64,000 nt of DNA from an uncultured delta proteobacterium (GCA_963775425.1 CAVZJB010000016.1:544001-608000), one strand, 5' to 3'; shown: positions 19,641-31,602, numbered from the stretch's first letter. The notes: generated by a model from the sequence alone, not told the origin. Numbers and translations: made by a program.

Positions 19641-21196
19641 CGGGCGGAGTTGAGCACGTTCCGCCGCGCGTTGTCATCCCGCGGGCGCGTCATGATGGCC
19701 TTGCGGATCGACGCGAGCGGCGCCCGGTCGTCGAGGTGGACCGCGTCCTCGCCGGCGCGCACGATGCCGAGCGCCGCGAGCAGGTCGTCCACCGGCGGGA
19801 AGGGAGCGCGCAGCCCACGGGCCACGATGCCGCGCACATCCACCTCGGGCGCCGCCTCGGCCCACCACCCGACGATCTCGTCGGCGGCACGGTAGGTCAC
19901 GTCGGCGGGCTCGCGCACGCGGACGCCCGCCACGAGCTCGTCGAGGGAGCGGCCCTTTTGCCGGAGCGCGACGTCGAGGCGCAGCAGGATCGCGGCGCCG
20001 CCCCAGTAGACGGGGACGTACTCGTAGCGATCGCCCATGTGGTGGCTCGCGTCGGCGAGGGTGGGCTCCACGCTCTGCGCCTTGCCCCGGTCGAAGCCGT
20101 CCACCAGCGCGGCCCAGGCGACGTCGTCGTCGAGGAGCCCCGCGCGCCCCCGCGCGATCTGTTGGTAGTACGAAGCGAGCCCCTCGGAGAGCCACGCGTC
20201 CCGGCGCTTCACCGGCGGGATCAACAGGTGCGAGAGCTCGTGCACGCCGACCCACTCCCCGAGGAGGTCGGCGTCGCGGGCCCGCGCGGACACGAGCACC
20301 ACCGCCGCGGGGCCGCCGCCGCGGATGGCCATCCCGAACGGCACGGCGCGGCCGCCGTTGACGGGCAGCAGCAGGATCTGCGCGCGCGGCACGGGGAAGC
20401 GGCCGTCGACGAGGCTGACCGCGCTCGCGGCGGCGCTCAGCCAGCGCACGAGGCCGGCGTCGCTCGCGCGGATGGCGCCGGGGACCCGCGCGACGCGGAA
20501 CGTGGCGCCGCCGACGGCGAGCGTCTGGTGCTCGAGCGGGCCGAAGGCCGCCTTGCACATCATCGTCCACGTGGTCTCGCCGACGACGTAACGGCCGTCG
20601 TCGTGCTGCGCCCAGGGCACGCTCGCGGTCATCCCCTTGGGCAGGTGCAGCCGCAGGGTGCCGGTGACGCCGGCGGGCCATGGCACCGGCCGCCACAGCC
20701 AGATGTCCGGCGACGTGATGAGCACCCCTGCCCGCTCCTGGATGTTGTCCCGGTCGTCGAGCTCGGCGGCGGCGCGGCCGAGATCGAGGTCGAGATCGGC
20801 GCAGTCGGCGCCGAGCCCGGCGAGCTCGATGCCCTTGTCGCCGACGGCGAGCTTTCGCCCGGCGCCGTCGAAGGCCGCGTCGACGTACGGGAGCCCCGCG
20901 GACACCTGCGGCATCAGCCGCGTCCTCGGGGCGCTCCAGCAGACGCGCTCGTGCATCTCGAACGCGGGGGACAGCGTGACGTCCCAGGTGACCTCGAGCG
21001 GCTTCGCCGCGGGGGTCGCCGCGGCAGGCGCCGCGGTCGCCGTCATCGTCATCGTCGTCGTCGCCGTCGGGCGCGCCGCCGGGGGATCCGCGGCGCACGC
21101 TGCCAGCGAGAGGATCGTGAACGAGAGCGTCGCGAACGAGCGGGTCGCGAACGGGAGGCAAAGCGCGGCCGCCCCCCCGGGCCGGCGATCAGTCAA
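19637..21196 (-). CDS. Gluzincin metallopeptidase lipoprotein (M61-like)
   Basis: LAA-C lipobox, VHELSH...WLSEGLASYY zinc motif and YWGGA. Confidence 0.8.
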   Translation of the reverse strand: MTDRRPGGAAALCLPFATRSFATLSFTILSLAACAADPPAARPTATTTMTMTATAAPAAATPAAKPLEVTWDVTLSPAFEMHERVCWSAPRTRLMPQVSAGLPYVDAAFDGAGRKLAVGDKGIELAGLGADCADLDLDLGRAAAELDDRDNIQERAGVLITSPDIWLWRPVPWPAGVTGTLRLHLPKGMTASVPWAQHDDGRYVVGETTWTMMCKAAFGPLEHQTLAVGGATFRVARVPGAIRASDAGLVRWLSAAASAVSLVDGRFPVPRAQILLLPVNGGRAVPFGMAIRGGGPAAVVLVSARARDADLLGEWVGVHELSHLLIPPVKRRDAWLSEGLASYYQQIARGRAGLLDDDVAWAALVDGFDRGKAQSVEPTLADASHHMGDRYEYVPVYWGGAAILLRLDVALRQKGRSLDELVAGVRVREPADVTYRAADEIVGWWAEAAPEVDVRGIVARGLRAPFPPVDDLLAALGIVRAGEDAVHLDDRAPLASIRKAIMTRPRDDNARRNVLNSAR

Positions 21197-21851
21197 CGGC
21201 CTGGCCGCTGATGTTCACGCCGTCCATGTACTCGCCGCGGATGTACGCGTTGCCGTCGTCGTCGAACAGCGCGAAGGTGCCGTCGCGGGCGCCGTCCTTG
21301 TAGCTGCCGACGCGGCGCAGGGTGCCGTCTTTGCGGTACCACCGCTCCTGTCCGTCGCGCTCGCCGTCCTTGCGGCCAATCTCCCACTCCTTGTTGCCGT
21401 TTGCGAAGTACCAGGTCTCGGTGCCGACGAGCTTGTCATCGGCGTAGACGCCCTCGAAGCGCGGGGTGCCGTCGGCGTACAGCTCGCGCCAGAGGCCGAC
21501 GCGGTTGCCGTTTTTGATGTCGTAGTCGCCCTCGATCCACAGGTGGCCCGACGGGTGCCACTCGCGCCGCGATTGGAGGCTGCCGTCGACGGTGGTGATC
21601 TCCGAACGGCGCTGGACGGTGAAGGGATAAAAGCGCACCTCGTGGCAGACGACGGCGTCGTCGCGCGTCTCGCAGCGCCGCACGCCGTGCTCCGAGAGGT
21701 AGAGGCTCACGCCCGCGAGGACCACGGTGACGCCGACGGCGATGCGCGCGGCGCGCCCCGCGCGCTGTCTCATCGATTGCCGGACCAGGGCGCGCCACCA
21801 CACGGGGGCGAGATCGGCATCGGCGGCGGGGGTGGACGGCAGCTCGTTCAT
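21189..21851 (-). CDS. MORN-variant repeat (YwqK-antitoxin-like) membrane-anchored protein
   Basis: One TM helix, then repeats of GxWxxxYxxG (GLWRELYADG, GTETWYFANG, GQERWYRKDG). ATG at 21851. Confidence 0.8.
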   Translation of the reverse strand: MNELPSTPAADADLAPVWWRALVRQSMRQRAGRAARIAVGVTVVLAGVSLYLSEHGVRRCETRDDAVVCHEVRFYPFTVQRRSEITTVDGSLQSRREWHPSGHLWIEGDYDIKNGNRVGLWRELYADGTPRFEGVYADDKLVGTETWYFANGNKEWEIGRKDGERDGQERWYRKDGTLRRVGSYKDGARDGTFALFDDDGNAYIRGEYMDGVNISGQAVD

Positions 21852-21973
21852 GGCGCTCCTCACGACGGCAAGGCGCAGGCGTCGCATCTTCCGTGCGGCC
21901 GGGGGGAGCGGCCGCGCTGTTTCGAGTGTAGCGACCGCTCGGCGCCGGGCGCCATCCGCCCAGGCCGCCTGCG

Positions 21974-22831
21974 TCACATGCGACCGATGCGGCGCCCGAG
22001 GACAAGCGGGCTGCCCGGCGCGCCGGCGTCGAGCGTGAGCCACCCCGGGGTGGCGACGACAACGATGGTGGACCCGAGCTCGAATCGCCCCCACTCCGCG
22101 CCCTTCTCGACGCGCTTCGGGGGGTCGTACGTGCGCGCCGTGGACGCGCCGCCGCCGTCGTTGGTCGTGAGGTCGTCGAAGACCACGTGCACCTTGCCCA
22201 CCATGGTGGCGCCCACCGCGACCATCGCCAGGAGCGCATCGGGCCGGCCGTCTGGCCGGACCAGGGCGATGATCCGCTCGTTCTTGGCGAAGAGCCCGTC
22301 GACGTGCGTGATGCCCGCGCTGTTCACCGGCCACAGCGCGCCGGGGACGTGGCGGGCGGCCACGACGTCGCCGCTCAGGGGCGCGTGGAAGCGGTGGTAG
22401 TCGCGCGGGGAGAGGTAGAGCGTGGCGAAAGGCCCGCCGTCGAAGCGGGCGGCCAGCGCGGGATCGTCGAGCAAGGCCGCGACCGAGTAGGGCCGGCCCT
22501 TCACCTGGAGCGCCGCCCCGGCGTCGACGACGCCGGCCGCGCCCCACGCGCCGTCGCAGGGGGACACGAAGGCGTCCGGCGCGTCGTCGAGGGGCCGCGC
22601 GCCTTCCTTGAGGGCGCGGGTGAAGAAGCTCTGCACCGACGGGAAGGTGTCGAGCGGGTCCCTCACCTCGCCGAAGTCGACGCCGAAGTATCCGCCGAAC
22701 GCCCGCAGGGCCGGGCGACGCACCGGGCGCGGCAGCGGCGTCGACGCGAGGACGCCCATGAAGTGCGACATGGTTCGCTGCGGCAGCACCTTGAGCGACG
22801 CGATGACCGCGCGATCCTTCAGCCTTCCCAT
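21974..22831 (-). CDS. psd: Phosphatidylserine decarboxylase proenzyme
   Basis: FFTR, SPCDG, YLSPRDYHRFH, NER, VGATMVG and the FELGST autocleavage motif. Confidence 0.92.
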   Translation of the reverse strand: MGRLKDRAVIASLKVLPQRTMSHFMGVLASTPLPRPVRRPALRAFGGYFGVDFGEVRDPLDTFPSVQSFFTRALKEGARPLDDAPDAFVSPCDGAWGAAGVVDAGAALQVKGRPYSVAALLDDPALAARFDGGPFATLYLSPRDYHRFHAPLSGDVVAARHVPGALWPVNSAGITHVDGLFAKNERIIALVRPDGRPDALLAMVAVGATMVGKVHVVFDDLTTNDGGGASTARTYDPPKRVEKGAEWGRFELGSTIVVVATPGWLTLDAGAPGSPLVLGRRIGRM

Positions 22832-22873
22832 GGGGCGCCGACCATACACCCGCTCCCCGGCGCGAACAGAGCG

Positions 22874-23305
22874 TCAGCCGCGTGCGCGCTCCGGCGGGAT
22901 CGAGGCCAACAGCGCGACCGCCGCAGCGAGGAGGACGACGTCGCGCCCGATCGTCCACGGCGTGACGGGGCCGGTGCCGACGCCGAAGCAGCCGCAGTCG
23001 ACGTCGATCCCGCGCGCGACCACCTGGGCGACGGCGACGGTGAACACCGCGAGCAGCGCGGCGGACGCGACGGCCGCGGCCCTCCGCCACGCCGCGGGGC
23101 CGACGACGATCGCGACGCCGACGACGAGCTCCACCGCCGGCAGCGTGATCGCGAGGAGGGGCGCCAAAGACGGAAGCAGCCGGTAGTTCGCGATCTCGTC
23201 GGCGAACCCGGCGGGATCGCGCAGCTTGGCGAGGCCGGCGGCGACGAACACGGCCCCGAGGCCGAGCCGCAAAAACCACGACACGACCACCCGCGCGCGG
23301 CTCAC
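22874..23305 (-). CDS. MauE/DoxX-family redox-associated membrane protein
   Basis: RLGLGAVFVAAGLAK and RGIDVDCGCFG motifs. Confidence 0.88.
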   Translation of the reverse strand: MSRARVVVSWFLRLGLGAVFVAAGLAKLRDPAGFADEIANYRLLPSLAPLLAITLPAVELVVGVAIVVGPAAWRRAAAVASAALLAVFTVAVAQVVARGIDVDCGCFGVGTGPVTPWTIGRDVVLLAAAVALLASIPPERARG

Positions 23306-23829
23306 GGTCCACCGCTGACGTCGTCACAGGGCCCCGAGGCGCACGCGAGCCCCGCGCGGGACCAGGCCTCGAAGCCGCCGTCGAGGAGAGCGACGCGCGC
23401 GCCGGTGTTTCGCTGCAGCAGGCCTTCGGCGACGGGCCGCGCGGCGTCGGTGGTGGCGCCATAGACCACGACGGCGGGCGCGCCGTCGAAGCGCGCGAGC
23501 ACCTCGGCGGCGGCGTGGCCCGCGGCGTCGCACGGCAGGTGCACGGCGCCGGCCGCGTGCCCCTCGGCGAAGGCGCGCGCCGGCCGCGCGTCGACGAGCA
23601 GCGCGCCTTCACGCGCACAGAGCTCCGCGCACGCCGCGGCGTCGAGGACCTCGGGGCCGCGCGCGTCGGCGTCGACGGTGCACGCGGACGGCGGCGCGTA
23701 GCTCGCGACGCGGACGCCGTCGCGCCGAACGGCGTTCTGCACGACGCCGAGCCCGGCGCCGGCGACGACGAGGAGCGCCGCGCGGACGAGGATGCCCGGG
23801 GCGAGGCGAGGTGGAAAAGCGGCGCGCAC
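23302..23829 (-). CDS. Rhodanese-like domain protein with N-terminal anchor
   Basis: LLVDARPARAFAEGHAAGAVHLP and LDGGFEAWSRAG. The start is uncertain (GTG 23829). Confidence 0.8.
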   Translation of the reverse strand: MRAAFPPRLAPGILVRAALLVVAGAGLGVVQNAVRRDGVRVASYAPPSACTVDADARGPEVLDAAACAELCAREGALLVDARPARAFAEGHAAGAVHLPCDAAGHAAAEVLARFDGAPAVVVYGATTDAARPVAEGLLQRNTGARVALLDGGFEAWSRAGLACASGPCDDVSGGP

Positions 23830-23885
23830 GCCGCCTGAACAACGCCGGCGGCGCGCGTGTTCCCGTCGAGATCCTTGCGTGGTCG

Positions 23886-24212
23886 CTAGCGGCGGCGGCG
23901 GCGCGGCGGCTCTTCGGGAGCGTCGAGCGGCGTGCGGTCGGGGCCCGAGCCCGGCGGCAGCGCCGGCTTGAGGCGCTCGACGCGACGGCGATAGGCCTCG
24001 GGCTGACAGAAGGGACACTCGACGAACGTGAACGACCTGCCCTGCTCGATGATGAGGTTCGGCTTGTAGAGGGTCCCCGCACACGAGCCGCAGTCGGGCT
24101 CCTGCGGGCAGTAGCCGTAGACGATGGGCCGCTCGCCGTTCACCTGCAGCTCGCGGTTCTTTCGGTGGGTCGGGTAATTCACCCACGGGCACGTGCGCGG
24201 GCGCACCCTCAT
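23886..24212 (-). CDS. Small Cys-rich (zinc-ribbon-like) hypothetical protein
   Basis: ATG at 24212 overlaps the helicase stop (ATGA). CGSC and CPFC pairs. Confidence 0.65.
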   Translation of the reverse strand: MRVRPRTCPWVNYPTHRKNRELQVNGERPIVYGYCPQEPDCGSCAGTLYKPNLIIEQGRSFTFVECPFCQPEAYRRRVERLKPALPPGSGPDRTPLDAPEEPPRRRRR

Positions 24213-26338
24213 TCGTCGCCGCCCTCGACGAGCGCCCGGGGCGCGGCGCCGGCCTCGAGGGGCGGCGCCGCTTCCGGCGGCAGCACCTCGATCTCCCACG
24301 CCTCGTACAAGCCGAACGGCTCCCCGTGCTCGTCGACGCCGGGCTTGTCCATCTCGTCGACGAAGCGCGAGGGGCGGTGCAGCACCATCGACGTGTCGCG
24401 CGCCCGCGTCACCAGCGGGTGCACCAGGTACAGCTCGTCCCTGGCCCGCGTGACGCCGACGTAGAACAAGCGCCGCTCCTCGTCCTCGCCGCCCGGATCC
24501 TTCAGCGCGAGGTCCGAGGGGAAGGCGCCGTCGGCGAGCCACACCACGAACACGCGGCTCCACTCGAGACCCTTGGCCTGGTGCACCGACGACAGCGTCA
24601 GCTTCTCGTCGGGATCCTCGGCCGCGACCACCTCCTCGGCGGAGAAGCTCTGCACGAGGGCGAGCTCCGAGAGGAACGCCTCGAGGTCGGCGAAGCCGGC
24701 GGCGTAGTCGGCGAGCTCCTCGATCTCCTCGATGCGTTCGCGGGCGTTGGCCTGGGTCTTTCCGAGGACCTCGGCGTAGAAGCCGTCGAGCAGCACCCGG
24801 ATCATCTCGCCGGGCTTCCCGTCGACGTCGGCCTTGGTGATGGAGCCGAGCGTGCGCGCGAAGCGCTCGACGCCGGGCTTGGCGCGGCGGCCCAGCGTCC
24901 CCCCGACGACCTCGTCGTCGTCGAGGAGCGCGCGCGCAGCCTTGCCCGCGGCTTGTCCCCCCACGCGGCCCGCGATGTTCGCCTTGAAGCGTCGCCACAG
25001 GACGTCGGTGGTGGCGTTGCCGATGCCGTCGTGGAGCTTGACGATGCGCCGGAAGCTCAGCTCGTCGTCGGGGTTGTAGACGACGCGGAGGTGGGCGACG
25101 ACGTCCTTGATGTGCGCCTGCTCGAAGAAGCGCAGGCCCGAGCGCACCACGTAGGGGATGCCCCGCCGGGTGAGCTCCACCTGCAGCTCGAGGACGTGGC
25201 GGTGCGCCCGATACAGGACGGCCACCTCCGACAAAGCGACGCCCTCGTCGCGCAACTGCAGCACCCGCTCCGCGACGAACTCCGCCTGCTGGTGCGCGTC
25301 CCGCGTGGGCACCAGCGCGGGCGTGAGGCCGAAGGGGCGCACGCCGCGCAGCGCGTGCCGGAAGCCCTGGCGCGCCTTCTTCAACACGGCGTTGGCGACG
25401 TCGAGGATCTGCGGCGTGGACCGATAGTTCACCTGGAGCGGCAACAGCGTGGCGTCGGGCCAGCGCGCCTGGAACTCCAGCATGTTCTTCACCTCGGCGC
25501 CGCGGAAGCCGTAGATGCACTGTGCGTCGTCGCCGACGGCGGTCACGTTCCGGTGCCCGGCCGACATGAGATCGACGATCTGCCCCTGCAAGGCGTTGGT
25601 GTCCTGGTACTCGTCGACGAGCACGACGGAGTACGCCTTGGTGATCTGCTGGGCGAGCGGCCCGCCCTCCTCGAGGAGCACCTTCCAGTTCATCAGGAGG
25701 TCGTCGAAGTCCATCAGGTTGCGCTCGACCTTGCGCTTCACGAAGGCCTGGCACACCGCCATGATCTCGTCGGCGAGATGCATGAACCGCGGCGCGCGCT
25801 GCTGCACGATCTCGCGCGCGGGCCTCTGCGTGTTGAACGTGGTGGACGCGAGGTCGAGCAGGACGTCGGCGCGCGGGAAGCGCTCCTGCGTGACCTTGAT
25901 CCTGGCGTCGACGACGGCGGCGTCCATGACGTCGCGCGCGTCTTCGCGGTCGATGATGGTGAAATTCTCGCCGTAGCCGATGGCCTCGGCGTGCCGGCGC
26001 AGGATGGCGTTGGCGACGTGGTGGAACGTCCCGCCCATCACCCGTTGGCTGGCGGGCCCGACGAGGCCGGCGACGCGCTCGAGCATCGCGCGGGCGGCGC
26101 GGTTGGTGAACGTGAGGAGCAGGATCTGCTCGGGCGGGATGCCCTCGTCGATGAAGCGCGCCACCCGGTAGGTGAGGGCCCGGGTCTTCCCCGAGCCCGC
26201 GCCGGCGAGCACGAGCACGGGCCCCCGCGGCGCGAGGGCGACGGCGCGCTGCTCGTCGTTGAGCGCGACGCCGTAGTCGATGCCCAACCGGCTGGGGGCG
26301 GCGACCGCGGAGCTCTTGAGCTGAAAGACGCGCGCCAT
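24209..26338 (-). CDS. UvrD/Rep/PcrA family ATP-dependent DNA helicase
   Basis: AGAGSGKT, TFTNRAA, VDEYQDTN, VGDDAQCIYGFRGA, NYRS, HQAKGLEW and EERRLFYVGVTRA. Confidence 0.95.
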   Translation of the reverse strand: MARVFQLKSSAVAAPSRLGIDYGVALNDEQRAVALAPRGPVLVLAGAGSGKTRALTYRVARFIDEGIPPEQILLLTFTNRAARAMLERVAGLVGPASQRVMGGTFHHVANAILRRHAEAIGYGENFTIIDREDARDVMDAAVVDARIKVTQERFPRADVLLDLASTTFNTQRPAREIVQQRAPRFMHLADEIMAVCQAFVKRKVERNLMDFDDLLMNWKVLLEEGGPLAQQITKAYSVVLVDEYQDTNALQGQIVDLMSAGHRNVTAVGDDAQCIYGFRGAEVKNMLEFQARWPDATLLPLQVNYRSTPQILDVANAVLKKARQGFRHALRGVRPFGLTPALVPTRDAHQQAEFVAERVLQLRDEGVALSEVAVLYRAHRHVLELQVELTRRGIPYVVRSGLRFFEQAHIKDVVAHLRVVYNPDDELSFRRIVKLHDGIGNATTDVLWRRFKANIAGRVGGQAAGKAARALLDDDEVVGGTLGRRAKPGVERFARTLGSITKADVDGKPGEMIRVLLDGFYAEVLGKTQANARERIEEIEELADYAAGFADLEAFLSELALVQSFSAEEVVAAEDPDEKLTLSSVHQAKGLEWSRVFVVWLADGAFPSDLALKDPGGEDEERRLFYVGVTRARDELYLVHPLVTRARDTSMVLHRPSRFVDEMDKPGVDEHGEPFGLYEAWEIEVLPPEAAPPLEAGAAPRALVEGGDE

Positions 26339-26404
26339 GGTGCGCCGGTTGTACCGCGCCGGCGGTGGTCCTGAACAGCCGTTTAGCTCAAGGCGCCGAG
26401 GACG

Positions 26405-27064
26405 CTAGGCCGGGATGCGATCGCGGGCCGCGCGCTCGAACTCGGCGATGGAGGCGCCGTACATCGCCATCCCGTAGGGGATGGAGACGATGAGGCCGAC
26501 GCCGCAGGCGATGATGCCGAGCTCGCTGATGATGCCGGCGACCAGGATGGCGACCCAGAACAGCAGGTACTCGGTGCCGCCGGCCATCATGAGGCGCCAG
26601 AGCTTGCCGATCTGCATCGACGACCACGGCTCGCCCTTCACGATGTGGAGGAACAGCATGCCGGGCATCATCACCATGTTCCACAAGGACAGCGGCAGGA
26701 GCAGCACCACGCCGACGACGCTGCCGATCATGGCGAGCGCCGGGACGTGCGCCGAGGCGCCGATCATGGTGAGCACGACGGTGACGATCTCGACCGCGAT
26801 CATCACACCGATGAGCGGGAGGTAGCTGAGGAACAGGCGCCAGCCGGGCCCCATGTAGCCGAGGCCGGCGGGGGGCAGGTCCGTCTCGCCGCGCAGGCGG
26901 GAGTCCGCGTAGGTGCGCAGCCAGCCGGCCGCGTTCAGTCCCGCGATGATGCCGCCCGCGATGGGGACGATGCAGAGCACGATGGTCAGAAGGCCCATGA
27001 GCGCGCACTTCTTGAGCCATTCCTTGTCCTGCATGGGTGCCTGGATGATTGCGCCGAGATCCAC
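26405..27064 (-). CDS. DUF4013-like membrane protein
   Basis: GTG 27064 with an AGGAGG RBS. DKEWLKKCALMGLL...VPIAG and several TM helices. Confidence 0.7.
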   Translation of the reverse strand: MDLGAIIQAPMQDKEWLKKCALMGLLTIVLCIVPIAGGIIAGLNAAGWLRTYADSRLRGETDLPPAGLGYMGPGWRLFLSYLPLIGVMIAVEIVTVVLTMIGASAHVPALAMIGSVVGVVLLLPLSLWNMVMMPGMLFLHIVKGEPWSSMQIGKLWRLMMAGGTEYLLFWVAILVAGIISELGIIACGVGLIVSIPYGMAMYGASIAEFERAARDRIPA

Positions 27065-27118
27065 GGGAGCCTCCTGGGGTGCCGTTCCATAGCACGTTGC
27101 GGTGCGATACGAAGCGCC

Positions 27119-27540
27119 ATGCGCGCCGTCGTCGCCGTCCTCGCCCTGGCCCTTGTGTCCTGCGCCACCACCACCAAGATCGTGAGCGATCCGCCCGGCG
27201 CCACGGTCACCAACCTCGACGACAAGAAACCCCTGGGAAAGACGCCCCTCACCTGGGAGTCCAAGATGTGGATCTGGCAGAGCGAGCACTTCGAGGTGAA
27301 GGCGCCGCACCACCAGACCCGGGTGATCGAGCTCAAGCGCACCGAGCCCGACGCGCTCCCCATCGTCGCCGCCGCCTGCCTCACCCTCACGTGCTGCGGC
27401 GCCGTCGGCGGCGTCCCGCTCTTCCTCGCCGGCGGCCTCAAGCTCCCGGCCACCGTCAAGGTCACGCTGCCCGCCGACAAGCGCCACGCCGTCGTCGGCG
27501 AGGCCGGCGGCGGCGACGACGACGTCGTCTGCATGCGCTA

Positions 27541-27544
<4 letters not shown>
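27119..27544 (+). CDS. PEGA-domain lipoprotein
   Basis: Lipobox LVS-C and the IVSDPPGATV...LGKTP PEGA motif. Confidence 0.75.
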
Positions 27545-29443
<1,899 letters not shown>

Positions 29444-29540
29444 CCCGTCGGAGCGTCGACGCGCAAGGGCGTGTGCGCCGGGTCACCCGGCCGCGACCTC
29501 GGTCACCGCCACATCGGGATCCGGGGGGTACAAGGCGCCC

Positions 29541-31028
29541 ATGACCCGCACCCTGCCCCGCCCCGCCGCCGCCCGCCTGCTCCTGTCGTGCTGCGCCGCC
29601 CTCGCCGCCTCGACCGGCTGCGGCCTGCCGAACCTCCAGGACCTCCTCGGGGGCGGGCCGGCCGCCGAGTGTGAGCACAGCCGCGACTGCGCCGACGACG
29701 AGATCTGCGACGGCGGCTCCTGCCGACCCCTGCGCGGCGCCGGCGAGGGCGAGGGCGGGGGCGACCCCGGCGAGGGCGAGGGCGAGGGCGAGGGCGAGGG
29801 CGACGTCCCGTCCGACCCGCAGGGCCCGCAGTTCCTCCAGTTCGCCACCAACGTGACCACGGTGCACCGCTTCGACACCATCACCTTCACCGCGGTGCTC
29901 ACCGACCCGGACGGCGTCGACGACGTCATCGGCGGCAGCCTCGTCGATCCCGGCACGCAGGCGGCCTACGGGGCGTTTTCAACGTCGGCGTCCGAGGGCA
30001 GCTACTCGCTGTCGCTCACCTGGGATCAGGTCAACGTCGTCGCCCCCATCGACTTCGCCAACACGGGCTCGCGCACCTTCCAGGCCCGCTTCTTCGACGT
30101 CGCCGGCCACGTCGCCGAGCGCTCCGCGACCTTGAGCCTCACCTGTGACGGCTCCCCCGCCTGCGCCGGCGACTGCGGCGCCGCCCGCTGCGGCGACGGC
30201 TCCTGCACGTCGGCGAACGACCGCCCCGACGCGAACGGCAACGGCCTGTGCGGAAACGCCTGCTTCGATCTCACGACGTCGTCGCGCTGCGGCTCGTGCG
30301 AGACGTCGTGCTCGACGTCGTGCGGGGACTTCGGCGAAGAGCTCTTCCAGTGCGTCTGCAACGGCGGCGCCGACTGCACCGGCACCGACGTCTGCGTGGA
30401 CTCCACCTGCCTGTCGGACGGCTCCATCAGCATCGAAACGAGCAACCCTGCGTTCACCTTCGTGAGCGTCTCCGCCGGCGGCTTCTCGGAGAACCTCTGC
30501 GACATCACCGCCACGACGGCCACGCTCGTCTGCCAGAGCCAGGGCTTCGCCACCGGCTCGGTCTTTAACACCGGCGGGTTCACGACCAGCGGCGTCGTCG
30601 CCCACTGCACCGGCGCTTCCAGCATCATCGACTGCAACTTCACGACGTCGGGGAGCTGCAGCGCCGACCCGATCTCCTGCGGCGACGGCGGCGGCGGGGG
30701 CGGCGGCGGCAGCATCACACACCACACGGGCGTCAACGGCGAGACGTTCACCAACGACGCGGCGTCGGACGTCAATTCGCTCCAGGGCGCCATCGACGCG
30801 TGCAACGCCCACTTCGGCGTCACCACCTGCGGCGACGCCTGCCCGACCTCCGGTGGCGGCTGCACCGGCGTCATCGTCGACGGCGCCAACCCCTCCACGT
30901 GCACCTGCACCACCACCGAGCCGCTGGTGTGGAACCACGGCGGCACCTCGTGCTTCACCGGCGGCGGCGTCAGCGCCGGCTCGGTCACACAGGCGTGCTC
31001 GACGACCGTCCTCGGCTCATGGGACTGA
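29541..31028 (+). CDS. Cys-rich secreted lipoprotein with GE repeats, Ig-like and SRCR-like segments
   Basis: Signal peptide with STG-C lipobox, a GEGEGE linker, more than 30 Cys, and an LCD...TLVCQSQGF...HCTG...IIDC segment. Confidence 0.8.
   Translation: MTRTLPRPAAARLLLSCCAALAASTGCGLPNLQDLLGGGPAAECEHSRDCADDEICDGGSCRPLRGAGEGEGGGDPGEGEGEGEGEGDVPSDPQGPQFLQFATNVTTVHRFDTITFTAVLTDPDGVDDVIGGSLVDPGTQAAYGAFSTSASEGSYSLSLTWDQVNVVAPIDFANTGSRTFQARFFDVAGHVAERSATLSLTCDGSPACAGDCGAARCGDGSCTSANDRPDANGNGLCGNACFDLTTSSRCGSCETSCSTSCGDFGEELFQCVCNGGADCTGTDVCVDSTCLSDGSISIETSNPAFTFVSVSAGGFSENLCDITATTATLVCQSQGFATGSVFNTGGFTTSGVVAHCTGASSIIDCNFTTSGSCSADPISCGDGGGGGGGGSITHHTGVNGETFTNDAASDVNSLQGAIDACNAHFGVTTCGDACPTSGGGCTGVIVDGANPSTCTCTTTEPLVWNHGGTSCFTGGGVSAGSVTQACSTTVLGSWD
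29742..29804 (+). repeat. GGCGAG hexamer repeat (Gly-Glu linker)
   Basis: Directly visible in the sequence. Confidence 0.8.
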
Positions 31029-31036
31029 GCTGACTG

Positions 31037-31321
31037 TCAGCGTTTGACGGTGCCGACGAAGCTCTCGAAGAGCTCTTCCTCGGCCTTCTTGTCGTCGACG
31101 CGGGCGGCGGCGGGCGTCTCGTCGTACTTCCGCTCGATCGCGTCCTGCTCGACGCCGGCGACGGCCTCGCGGAACAGCTCTTCGTCGCTCTTCTTCTTCG
31201 CGGGCGCCCGCGCGCGTGGCGCGGCCGCGTGTCCGCCGCCCCTGCTCCGGGCCTGCGGCGCCGGCGCGGCGGGGTGGGCGCGCTTCCAGTCCCTGAGCTG
31301 GTCTTTGAGGTCCTTGGCCAT
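31037..31321 (-). CDS. Small hypothetical protein
   Basis: MAKDLKDQLRDWKR...SDEELFREAVAGV with Lys/Glu codon usage typical of real genes in this genome. Confidence 0.65.
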   Translation of the reverse strand: MAKDLKDQLRDWKRAHPAAPAPQARSRGGGHAAAPRARAPAKKKSDEELFREAVAGVEQDAIERKYDETPAAARVDDKKAEEELFESFVGTVKR

Positions 31322-31392
31322 AGCGAAGGTGGCGCGCGGGCGACGGGTATCCGGCGATCGCGAGGATCGCGAGGTGCGAGGGGGAGACCGGC

Positions 31393-31602
31393 CTACACCG
31401 GGACGACGTTGTCGTCGTCGCCGGGGGAGATGTCGAGGACGACGACGCGCGCGGTAGGCGCACCCCGTCCCCGCTCCTCCACGGGCGCGGCCCCCTCGGA
31501 GGGAGCCAGAGGGAGCTCGATGCGGTTCCGCTGGGCGTCTTCCTGCTCCCGGCGGCGCTGCTCCTCTTCGAGCTCGTCGATGATCCAGGGTTCCGGCTTC
31601 AC
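31393..31602 (-). CDS. Small hypothetical protein
   Basis: GTG start with AGAGGAAGGA upstream. PWIIDELEEEQRRRE...RIELP...RVVVLDI. Confidence 0.65.
   Translation of the reverse strand: MKPEPWIIDELEEEQRRREQEDAQRNRIELPLAPSEGAAPVEERGRGAPTARVVVLDISPGDDDNVVPV

Noticed and set aside
21189-21851. Toxin-antitoxin or immunity system (YwqK-like)
   Set aside because: It has only generic MORN-variant repeats and no adjacent toxin gene.
24209-26338. Anti-phage defence helicase (e.g. Gabija GajB)
   Set aside because: It is a full-length housekeeping-like UvrD/PcrA with no partner nuclease or ATPase.
26380-26410. tRNA-like TAGCTCA motif
   Set aside because: There is no acceptor stem or T-loop (GTTCGA) and no cloverleaf.
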